This document shows, one piece after another, positions 10,005 through 17,595 of a stretch of DNA of 64,000 nt. This DNA comes from an uncultured Planctomycetota bacterium (GTDB taxonomy: Bacteria > Planctomycetota > PLA2 > JAEUHO01): assembly GCA_963752285.1 (NCBI GenBank), contig CAVVXN010000005.1, positions 1,344,001-1,408,000 on the forward strand, written 5' to 3'. Under the pieces are notes generated by a model. It saw nothing but the letters and a program-made list of their open reading frames with translations, was not told where the DNA came from and ran no database searches. Both the position numbers and the translations under genes were made by a program. Positions within the stretch are counted from its first letter, which is position 1; each line of letters starts with the position of its first letter.

Positions 10005-10852
10005 CCGTTGACACTCCTCGCGAGCTCGCGCGGAGGCGTGAGCTGCGCGTGCTCGACCCAGAGGATGGCTCCCGTCGGGCACCGTGTGGCGGCCTCGGGC
10101 CGGGCCGCGTCGTTCTTCGTGTAGTCGATCACCGCGAGACCCCGGCGGATCTCGATCAGGCCGGGCGCGGCGTCGTCTACGCAGCGGCCGCATCCCGTGC
10201 AGGCCACCTGGCACTGCGCCTGTGCCTCGTCGCCCTCGAGGAGGCTCCGGCACTGGACGATCAGGTGCTGTTCCACCGGCATGATGGAGAACAAGTCCTT
10301 CGGGCACGCGTCCACGCAGTCGCCGCACGCCGTGCAGCGCTCGGGCGTCACGACCGGCAGCCCGACGGGGTTCATGTGGATCGCGTCGAACGTGCAGGCG
10401 CGGGCGCAGTCGGCCAGGCCGAGGCACCCCCACGAGCACGCCTTCCCGCCCCCCGCGACCGCGGCCGCGGCGCGGCAGGTCAGGAGGCCCGTGTAGTCGG
10501 CGCGCTGCACGGCGACGTCGCACCCGCCCGCGCAGAGCAGCCGGGCGACGCGCTTCACGGCCTCGCCCGCCTCGACGCCCAGGTAGTCGGCGACGGCCTG
10601 GATCCCCTCGGGGTTCATGTTCGTGCACTTCGCGGGCTGGGCCGCGCCGCCGACGAGCCCCTCCGCGAACGAGCGGCAGCCGGCGAAGCCGCAGGCCCCG
10701 CAGTTCGTCCCGGGGAGCAGGTCGGTCACCGCGTCGATCCGCGGGTCCTCCCAGACCCTCAGACGGCGGTTCGCCAGCGCGATGAGCGAGCCGAACACGA
10801 GGCCGACGCCGCCCAGCACGAGCACCGAGTCGAGGATCTGGGTGGGATCCAC
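10001..10852 (-). CDS. rnfB: Rnf complex subunit B
   Basis: N-terminal TM, LLPGTNCGACGFAGC, GCLGLADCARACTFDAI, CTACGDCVDACP; GTG start with AGGAGG RBS. Confidence 0.93.
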   Translation of the reverse strand: MDPTQILDSVLVLGGVGLVFGSLIALANRRLRVWEDPRIDAVTDLLPGTNCGACGFAGCRSFAEGLVGGAAQPAKCTNMNPEGIQAVADYLGVEAGEAVKRVARLLCAGGCDVAVQRADYTGLLTCRAAAAVAGGGKACSWGCLGLADCARACTFDAIHMNPVGLPVVTPERCTACGDCVDACPKDLFSIMPVEQHLIVQCRSLLEGDEAQAQCQVACTGCGRCVDDAAPGLIEIRRGLAVIDYTKNDAARPEAATRCPTGAILWVEHAQLTPPRELARSVNG

Positions 10853-10860
10853 GTCGCCTC

Positions 10861-11865
10861 CTACGAGCCCGAAACCGGTCCGGCCTGCTGCAGGAGCCAC
10901 GCCGCGAGGCGCCCCGCGGGGTCGGCCGGCGGTCCTGAGGCGCCCGACGCGGGCGTGGCCGCGGTCTGCGCCTCGAGGAGACGGGACAGGTGTCGCATCG
11001 TCTCGGCCTGCTGGAACACGCTCCACGCGCCGACCGGACGCGCGGGCGCCGTCTCGGGGAGGTGGACCGCGCCGAGCGCGTTCGATGCGCCGCCCTCGAC
11101 CGCGGGGTCGTGGACGAAGCGCGCCGCACCCTCCGGCACGACGGCCGCGACGCCGGGGCCCTTCCACGCGCCGAGACCCGCGAGGCCCGCGAGCGACGTG
11201 ACCTGGGCGACGTACGTGCCCGGCGTCACGAGCCGGGCGAGCGGCGCGACCGGGCACGCGCCGCGCACGAGGAGCACGAGCTTCATCTCTCCGTCGAGGT
11301 AGCCGGCCAGACAGTCGGCGAGGAGGTCGCCTCCGTCCACGTCCACGACGAGCGGCGGGGCGATCCGGCGCTCGCCGCGGTTCCAGCGGAGGAAGGGAAA
11401 GGGGCGCGCGAGGTCCGTCGCGCCGGCCGCGTCCGGCCGTCCCGCGCGCGCGAGCTCGGCGGCGCGGGCGGCCGCGAAGGCGCGGCCCACCTCGCCGAGG
11501 CGCGCCTCGACGACGTGGTGGAGGCTCGCGCCGGAAGGCACCTCCACGCGGAACGCCGCGTCGCCCCGTTCGAGGAGGTCGGTCAGGACGCGGAACGCCT
11601 GCTCGACGATCGCCATCGCGCCGGGCTCGACGACGGCACGCTCCCGGCGCGCGACGGCCTCGAACAGGTCGCCGCGGATGCGCCCGAGGGCGAACGCCCC
11701 GAGGTCCGCCGCCCCGCCGCCCCGCGGGTCGGTCGCGTCGCCCTGCGCGTCCGTCGCCATGTCGCGGAGACGCTCGATCGTGGCCGCCAGCGCCGATCGG
11801 AACGCGCCGAGCGGTCGGCTCAGGGTCTCGAAGACGTTCGGCTCGTTCGGCTTCTCAGACGGCAT
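10861..11865 (-). CDS. Hypothetical protein embedded in the OFOR-Rnf operon (334 aa)
   Basis: Protein-like composition, overlaps the korB end, stops 8 nt before rnfB; no motif recognised. Confidence 0.75.
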   Translation of the reverse strand: MPSEKPNEPNVFETLSRPLGAFRSALAATIERLRDMATDAQGDATDPRGGGAADLGAFALGRIRGDLFEAVARRERAVVEPGAMAIVEQAFRVLTDLLERGDAAFRVEVPSGASLHHVVEARLGEVGRAFAAARAAELARAGRPDAAGATDLARPFPFLRWNRGERRIAPPLVVDVDGGDLLADCLAGYLDGEMKLVLLVRGACPVAPLARLVTPGTYVAQVTSLAGLAGLGAWKGPGVAAVVPEGAARFVHDPAVEGGASNALGAVHLPETAPARPVGAWSVFQQAETMRHLSRLLEAQTAATPASGASGPPADPAGRLAAWLLQQAGPVSGS

Positions 11866-12814
11866 GGCGGTCGAGCTCCCCGTTCAGGATCGAGATGCGC
11901 TCCTCCGCGGTCAGCACGGGGAGGCGCCGGATCTCGTCGTAGCGCGCCCGGGTCGGGTCGCAGAAGAACAGGCCCAGGCGCACCCGCCCCGCGTCCTCCG
12001 CGAGCTCGCGGGCCCGCGAGAGGTCGTGCGGGTCGTGGCGAACCTGGTTCTTGTAGACCGACTCGGTGTCGTCGTCGCGGATCCCGTCCGCGTGGACGAG
12101 GATCTCGGTGTGGTCGGGGTTCTGCGCCGCGTCGCGGTAGATCCCCGGCGTCCACACGGGACAGCGCTGGAGGATCCGCACGAACGCGAAGCCCGGGTGC
12201 TTCCACGCGGCCTCGAGCGTCGCCGCGAGGTGACCGGGCGCCCAGTCCGCCGTCTGCGCGACGAAGGAGGCGTTCGTCACGCCGAGGGTCGCCGTGAGCG
12301 GGTTCAGCGCGGGCAGGTACGAGCCGTGGGGCTGCGTGAGGCTCGGGTGACCCTGCGGCGTCGTCGGGGACGTCTGGTTCTTGGTGAGACCGTAGATGTT
12401 GTTGTCGAGGAGCAGCGCGACGAGGTTCACGTTGTACCGGACCGCGTGGATCCAGTGGGCCGCGCCGATCGAGCAGCAGTCGCCGTCGCCCATCACCGTG
12501 AACACGTCCAGGTCGGGGCGCGCGAGCTTGACGCCGATCGAGACGGGCAGGGCGCGGCCGTGGATCCCGTGGAAGCCGTACGTCTTCAGATAGTGGGGGA
12601 AGCGGCTCGAGCACCCGATCCCCGAGACGAAGACCGTCCGCTCCGGCTCGAGCTGCTTCGCCGCGAGCAGGCGCAGCGTCGCGCCGAGGATCGCGTGGTC
12701 GCCGCATCCCGGGCACCAGCGCGCCACCGGACCTTCGTAGTCCCCGACCTCCCACGTGCGGTCGTCCTCGACGACCGCCGCGCAGCCCGCGAGGGCACAG
12801 CTCGGCTCGATCAC
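11855..12814 (-). CDS. korB: 2-oxoacid:ferredoxin oxidoreductase beta subunit
   Basis: WCPGCGD, SGIGCSSR, HGIHGRALP, GDGD...DNNIYGLTKNQTSPT. Confidence 0.92.
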   Translation of the reverse strand: MIEPSCALAGCAAVVEDDRTWEVGDYEGPVARWCPGCGDHAILGATLRLLAAKQLEPERTVFVSGIGCSSRFPHYLKTYGFHGIHGRALPVSIGVKLARPDLDVFTVMGDGDCCSIGAAHWIHAVRYNVNLVALLLDNNIYGLTKNQTSPTTPQGHPSLTQPHGSYLPALNPLTATLGVTNASFVAQTADWAPGHLAATLEAAWKHPGFAFVRILQRCPVWTPGIYRDAAQNPDHTEILVHADGIRDDDTESVYKNQVRHDPHDLSRARELAEDAGRVRLGLFFCDPTRARYDEIRRLPVLTAEERISILNGELDRHAV

Positions 12815-14736
12815 GCGTCACCTCCCTTCGCGGTCTTCCCGAAGCGTTCGCGGACGGCCCGGAGGATCTGGCCCGGCCGCAGCGGCTCGCCCGGCACGCG
12901 GGTCCAGCAGTCGGCGTCCACGAGCAGCTGCCCGCGCAGGAGCCAGGCGAGCTGGCCCCGGCGACGGTTCTCGTCGTTCACGTGCGGGGCGTCCGGCTCG
13001 TCGCTGTAGTTGATCTCGACGGTCAGGACGCGGCGGTACCGCCGGCAGATGTCCTTCACCCCGGGCGGGAGGGGCGAGAGGAACGTGAGGTGCATCGACG
13101 CGACGGAGAGGCCCTCCGCCCGCGCGCGCTCGGCCGCCTCCTCGATCGCGCCGCGCGTGCTCCCCCACCCGACGATCAGCAGGTCGCCCTCGCTCGGGCC
13201 GACGACGGGCGGCGGCTCCAGCATCGACTGCAGCGTGGCGAGCTTCCGGCTCCGCATCGCGTGGGCGCGCTGGTTCACCGCGGGGTCGTACGTGACCTTC
13301 GATCCCTCGTCGTGGCAGAGCCCCGTCGCCGTGAACATCCCGCCCGGCTGGCCCGGCACGAACCGACGCGAGAGCCCGGTCGCGGGGTCCCACTGGTACG
13401 GCTTCGCACCGGGGGGCAGCGCCGACTGGTCCGGGGGCCGCGCCTGCCAGCGCTCGTCCGGCTCGGGCCGCGCGAACGGCTGCACGCCCGTGGCGAGGTT
13501 CGCGTCGGAGAGGACCATGACGACGCATCGGAACGTCTCCGCGATGCGCCGCGCGGTCACCATGCAGTGGAAGCACTCCTCGATGGTCGAGGGCGCGAGC
13601 ACCACCTTCGGCGCGTCGCCGGGCTGGCCGAACATCGCGGCGAGCAGGTCCGACTGCTCCACCTTCGTGGGGAGCCCCGTGCTCGGGCCGCCGCGCTGCA
13701 CGTCCACCAGGACGAGGGGGGTCTCGGTGATGACGGCCAGGCCGAGGAACTCGGTCTTGAGCGCGAGGCCCGGGCCCGACGTGACCGTGAACGCGACCTT
13801 GCCCGCGTACGAGGCGCCGATCGCGACCCCGATCGCGGAGATCTCGTCCTCCGCCTGGTGCAGCACGCCGCCCGTGCGGTCGAACACCTCGCCGAGGTAG
13901 TGCGACACCGAGGTCGCCGGCGTGATCGGGTACATCGCGCAGAGCTCGAGCCCCGCGGCGATGGCGCCCATCCCGATCGCCGTGTTCCCGTTCATCACGA
14001 CCATCGGCTTCTCGATCGGTCGTGACGGCACATCGACCCGGAACTCGATGTGCTCCTCCGCCCACTGCATGCCCCGCTCGAGGAGCTGTACGTTCTTCTC
14101 GTACACCGCGGGGGACTTCTTGCGGAACTGGAACGCGATCTGTTCCTTCACGCGCTGGGGGTCGCGGCCGTAGATCGTGGTCAGCAGCCCGAGCGCGAAC
14201 ATGTTCTTGCCGCGTCGCGGGTTGTCCACCACCTCGAGCGACTCGGCCTCCATCGGCACCGGCACGAAGCGGTACCGCCGCGTGCCGAGCTCCTCCATGG
14301 CCGCGGTCCAGGCCTTGACGACGTCCGGGTCGGGGTGCTCGCTCCACATCGACTCGATGAGGATCACCGCGTCCTCGGCGAGCGCGCCGAGGCGGTGTCG
14401 CGAGAGGAGGACCTGCTCGTTGAACGCGACGACGAGCTGCGCCTCGTCGCCCCAGTTCGTCACGGGGTCCGTCCCGAGCCGGATCCGGACGCCGGACGCG
14501 CTCCCCGGGCTGCGCGGCGGGGGCTGGATCTCGGCCGGGATGATCTCGACCGTCCAGACGCCGTTCCCCATCTTCGCGGAGACGGCCCCGAAGGTCTGAC
14601 CGCACTTCTGCGCGCCCTCCCCGGAGTCCGACACCACCTCCACGGTGTGCTCGGGCACGGTGATCCTCCGCGGCGTGGTCGCCTGGGGTGCCGGCTCGGC
14701 GTGGTTCGCGGTCGCGGAGGGCTGCTCTCGAGTCAT
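12811..14736 (-). CDS. korA: 2-oxoacid:ferredoxin oxidoreductase alpha (gamma-alpha fused) subunit
   Basis: SDSGEG, PAEI, YPITPATS, QAEDEISA, TSGPGLALKTE, QRGGPSTGLPTKVEQSD, GWGST. Confidence 0.92.
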   Translation of the reverse strand: MTREQPSATANHAEPAPQATTPRRITVPEHTVEVVSDSGEGAQKCGQTFGAVSAKMGNGVWTVEIIPAEIQPPPRSPGSASGVRIRLGTDPVTNWGDEAQLVVAFNEQVLLSRHRLGALAEDAVILIESMWSEHPDPDVVKAWTAAMEELGTRRYRFVPVPMEAESLEVVDNPRRGKNMFALGLLTTIYGRDPQRVKEQIAFQFRKKSPAVYEKNVQLLERGMQWAEEHIEFRVDVPSRPIEKPMVVMNGNTAIGMGAIAAGLELCAMYPITPATSVSHYLGEVFDRTGGVLHQAEDEISAIGVAIGASYAGKVAFTVTSGPGLALKTEFLGLAVITETPLVLVDVQRGGPSTGLPTKVEQSDLLAAMFGQPGDAPKVVLAPSTIEECFHCMVTARRIAETFRCVVMVLSDANLATGVQPFARPEPDERWQARPPDQSALPPGAKPYQWDPATGLSRRFVPGQPGGMFTATGLCHDEGSKVTYDPAVNQRAHAMRSRKLATLQSMLEPPPVVGPSEGDLLIVGWGSTRGAIEEAAERARAEGLSVASMHLTFLSPLPPGVKDICRRYRRVLTVEINYSDEPDAPHVNDENRRRGQLAWLLRGQLLVDADCWTRVPGEPLRPGQILRAVRERFGKTAKGGDA

Positions 14737-14906
14737 GACATCTCCCGGGGACGGCGCGCGCGGCGCGCGACGGGGCGGGGCGGGGTCGCTACGGCGCGTG
14801 ACCGAACCTCTTCCCGACGCGAGACCGACGACCGGTCGTGCTCCCGGACGGCGGCGCCAAGGGGGTTCGAAGGTCGCACATGCGAGGTCGATCCCGCGGT
14901 CGGGTT

Positions 14907-14927
14907 CGTTGCGACTCATTCGCAACG
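14907..14927. promoter_or_regulatory. Putative operator palindrome upstream of the korA-rnf operon
   Basis: CGTTGCGA-ctcat-TCGCAACG perfect 8-5-8 inverted repeat; minus-strand TACAAT (-10-like) at 14944-14949 just upstream. Confidence 0.5.
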
Positions 14928-15059
14928 GACGCTTCGAGCGTGCATTGTAGGCGGTCCGGGATCCGCGCCGCAGGAATGCCGTGCGTTCACGAGAGCGCGA
15001 ACGGCGTCTTCAAACGACGTGAACGGGACGCGCCGCGCCCTTCCCCGGGGCGCGCGCGC

Positions 15060-15653
15060 TCATCCGCGATGGCGGCGTCCGAGGCGCGCGAGGAGCGCGC
15101 GCCAACCGTGCCCGCGCCCTCGCTCGGTCTCCTCGCGCCGGCGCTCGCTCGGCGTGGCGACGGTCACCACCTTGCTCTCGCGCACGAGCACCTCGACGGC
15201 GGTCGCCTTGTCGGATACAGGACCGGCGCGGTCCGACAAGGCGCGCACGCGCGGACACGGCGTCACGACGCCCGATTCCGCCCACGCGCGGGCCTGGTCG
15301 AGCGCACGCTCGACGACCTCGGCGACGTGCTCGGCCTCGAACGGCTTCAGCAGGTAGTCGAAGGCGCCCGCGTAGATGGCGGCCTTCACGCTCTCGCGGT
15401 CGCTGTGGCTGCTGACGATCAGGAACGGCACCCGCTCGTGGATGCGGGGCAGCAGCGCCTGCAAGAGGTCGAAGCCGTTCATCGTGGGCATCATCACGTC
15501 GGAGACGATCAGGTCGAAGGTCCCCTCCTCGTAGAGGTCCAGGGCCTCGGCGCCGTCGCGAGCGAGGACGGAGTGGTGCCCCTGCCGCGCCAGGAGGCCG
15601 GCGAGGGCCTCGCGGACCGCGGGTTCGTCGTCTACGAGCAGGACGTGGGCCAT
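15060..15653 (-). CDS. Response regulator receiver protein (no recognisable output domain)
   Basis: VLLVDDE, IVSDVMMP (phospho-Asp), YLLKPF. Confidence 0.9.
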   Translation of the reverse strand: MAHVLLVDDEPAVREALAGLLARQGHHSVLARDGAEALDLYEEGTFDLIVSDVMMPTMNGFDLLQALLPRIHERVPFLIVSSHSDRESVKAAIYAGAFDYLLKPFEAEHVAEVVERALDQARAWAESGVVTPCPRVRALSDRAGPVSDKATAVEVLVRESKVVTVATPSERRREETERGRGHGWRALLARLGRRHRG

Positions 15654-15734
15654 GGAGTCCCTCCTGGGGGGATCCGAGTTCGCGTGGAGAGCATCGGACG
15701 GACTCGGGCCGGGGGACGGGCCCCCGACCCGAGC

Positions 15735-16250
15735 TCAGGAGGCGTCCGGGGCCTCGATGATGAAAGCGCCGGTCGTCTCGTCGCGGCGGGGCAGGAGCTC
15801 CTCCGCCAGGCGGCGTTCGCCCTCGGCCATCGCCTCGACGCGCTGCGCCCGCACGTTGCCGCCGTACAGCAGCTCGTTCAGCACGCGGCGCATCTCCTCG
15901 TTGTCCCAGGGCTTCGTGAAGAAGCGGTGGATGCGGCCCTCGTTGATCGCGCTGATCACGAGGTTCAGGTCGGCCTGGGCCGTCAGCAGGATCGTGGTGA
16001 CCCGCGGATGGCGGGCGCGCACGTCCTTGATGAGGTCCAGACCGTGGGTGCCCGGCATGTAGTGGTCGCAGATGATCAGGTCCACCTCGGGGTGGCGTTC
16101 GAGGATGCCCCAGGCCTCGGCGGCGTCGTACGCGTGCAGGAGCTTAAACGGCTCCCGTCGGAACGTTCGCTGCAACGCCCGGTGAATGGTCTCCTCGTCG
16201 TCCACGATCAGCACCGTCTTCGGGTCGTCGTGGCTCGGGTCGTGGTTCAT
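15735..16250 (-). CDS. Response regulator receiver protein (no recognisable output domain)
   Basis: VLIVDDE, IICDHYMPG, LLTAQAD...AINEGRIHRFFTKPW; GGAG RBS before ATG 16250. Confidence 0.9.
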   Translation of the reverse strand: MNHDPSHDDPKTVLIVDDEETIHRALQRTFRREPFKLLHAYDAAEAWGILERHPEVDLIICDHYMPGTHGLDLIKDVRARHPRVTTILLTAQADLNLVISAINEGRIHRFFTKPWDNEEMRRVLNELLYGGNVRAQRVEAMAEGERRLAEELLPRRDETTGAFIIEAPDAS

Positions 16251-17595
16251 GTCGGAACTCCGATCGGTCGCGGCGGATGAAAACGGGCAACTCCACCCGG
16301 AAGCAGGCACCGCCCCCGGCCGCGGTCTCGTAGCGGATGGTGCCTCGGAGGGACTTCGTGATCTCGCTCACCAAATGGAGCCCCAGGCCGGTCCCATGGC
16401 CTGGATCCTTCGTCGTGAAGAAGGGCTCGAAGACCCGCTGGCGGATCTCCTCCGGGATGCCCGGTCCCGTGTCCTCGACGACGAAGGCGATGTGGAAGGC
16501 GTCGGCGTCCTCGGCACGGACCTGGAGGACGCCCTCCTTCTGTCCGTCCATCGCGTCGAGCGCGTTCGACGCGAGGTTCAAGAGCACCTGGAGCACGCGC
16601 CCGGGGTCCGCCAGGATCAGACGCCGCGTCTTGGCCTCGGAGCGGAACACCAACGGCGGCCGGACGCGCGTCTTGAGGATCCGCGCGGCGCCCTCGATGG
16701 CCTCGAGCGGGTCCACGGGGAGCGGCACCGCGCGACCGCCCCGCGCCATCGTGGTGAGGTCCTTCACGACGCGCATGAGCTGGCGGCACGCAAGGCTGCA
16801 GTCGTCGAAGACCTCCTGCAGCTCCCGGGCCTCTCCCGCGCCGTCCTTGCCCTCGGCGACGGCGCGCTGCATGTCCTCGAGGATCTCGCGCGCCGGCTCG
16901 ATGCTGTTCGCGATGGCCGCCAGCGGGTTCTTCATCTCGTGGGTGATGCCCGCGGAGAGCATGCCGAGGGTCGCGAGGCGGTCGTTCGCGCGCAGCACCT
17001 CGCGCGTGGCCTTCAGCTCCTCGGTGCTGTGCTGCAGCTCGTCGGAGGTGTGGCGCAGCGCCTCCTCGACCTTCGCCTTCCCCTGCGCCTGCGCCCGCGC
17101 CGCGTGGGCGAGGTGGCTCATGAACAGCGCGACGACGAAGAAGAAGGCGAGGTGCGCGAGCGTGCCGAGCGAGAAGAGATCCGACGGTCCCGCCCCCCAC
17201 CGCGTGATCGTCGCGAACGCGACCGAGACGAGGATCGCGTTCACGAGCGCTGTGCCCACCCCCTCCAGGATCGCCGCGAGGAGCACGAGGCTGAGATACG
17301 CCGCGAGGAACCCAGGAACCGGCGCCCCGCGGATCACGACGAGGACGCCGACCGTCACGACGTCGAGCCCGAGGACCAGGCCGAGGAGGGTGCGCGAGCG
17401 CGCCCGGCGCCGCGGCCGCACGAGCGGGACCGAGAGCCCGTACGCGCCGACGAGCAGCCAGTAGAGCGCGCGGTGCCCGGGCGCGGCGCCGAGCCCGAGC
17501 AGAACGAGCCCGACCGCCGTCAGCGCGCGCAGCGCGCCGAGCACGGGACCCGGCTCGCTCGGCGTACGGGGCGTGGGCTCGCCGGCCGCCGTCAC
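16144..17595 (-). CDS. Membrane sensor histidine kinase
   Basis: Several TM helices; H-box ITHEMKNPL, N-box QVLLNLASNA, G1 EDTGPGI, F-box FEPFFTTK, G2 GTGLGL; GTG overlaps the upstream stop. Confidence 0.9.
   Translation of the reverse strand: MTAAGEPTPRTPSEPGPVLGALRALTAVGLVLLGLGAAPGHRALYWLLVGAYGLSVPLVRPRRRARSRTLLGLVLGLDVVTVGVLVVIRGAPVPGFLAAYLSLVLLAAILEGVGTALVNAILVSVAFATITRWGAGPSDLFSLGTLAHLAFFFVVALFMSHLAHAARAQAQGKAKVEEALRHTSDELQHSTEELKATREVLRANDRLATLGMLSAGITHEMKNPLAAIANSIEPAREILEDMQRAVAEGKDGAGEARELQEVFDDCSLACRQLMRVVKDLTTMARGGRAVPLPVDPLEAIEGAARILKTRVRPPLVFRSEAKTRRLILADPGRVLQVLLNLASNALDAMDGQKEGVLQVRAEDADAFHIAFVVEDTGPGIPEEIRQRVFEPFFTTKDPGHGTGLGLHLVSEITKSLRGTIRYETAAGGGACFRVELPVFIRRDRSEFRHEPRPEPRRPEDGADRGRRGDHSPGVAANVPTGAV

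Noticed and set aside
5019..10124. Very long antisense or alternate-frame ORFs (for example 5019-10124 +, 55165-61458 +, 55574-60709 -)
   Set aside because: Arg/Ala/Pro-rich shadows of real genes, expected from stop-codon scarcity at very high GC.
3532..11129. Apparent giant N-terminal extensions or fusions of RnfC (2160 aa) and PFOR (2060 aa) in the ORF track
   Set aside because: The upstream parts are out-of-frame readings of neighbouring genes; the real starts are 4941 and 10004.
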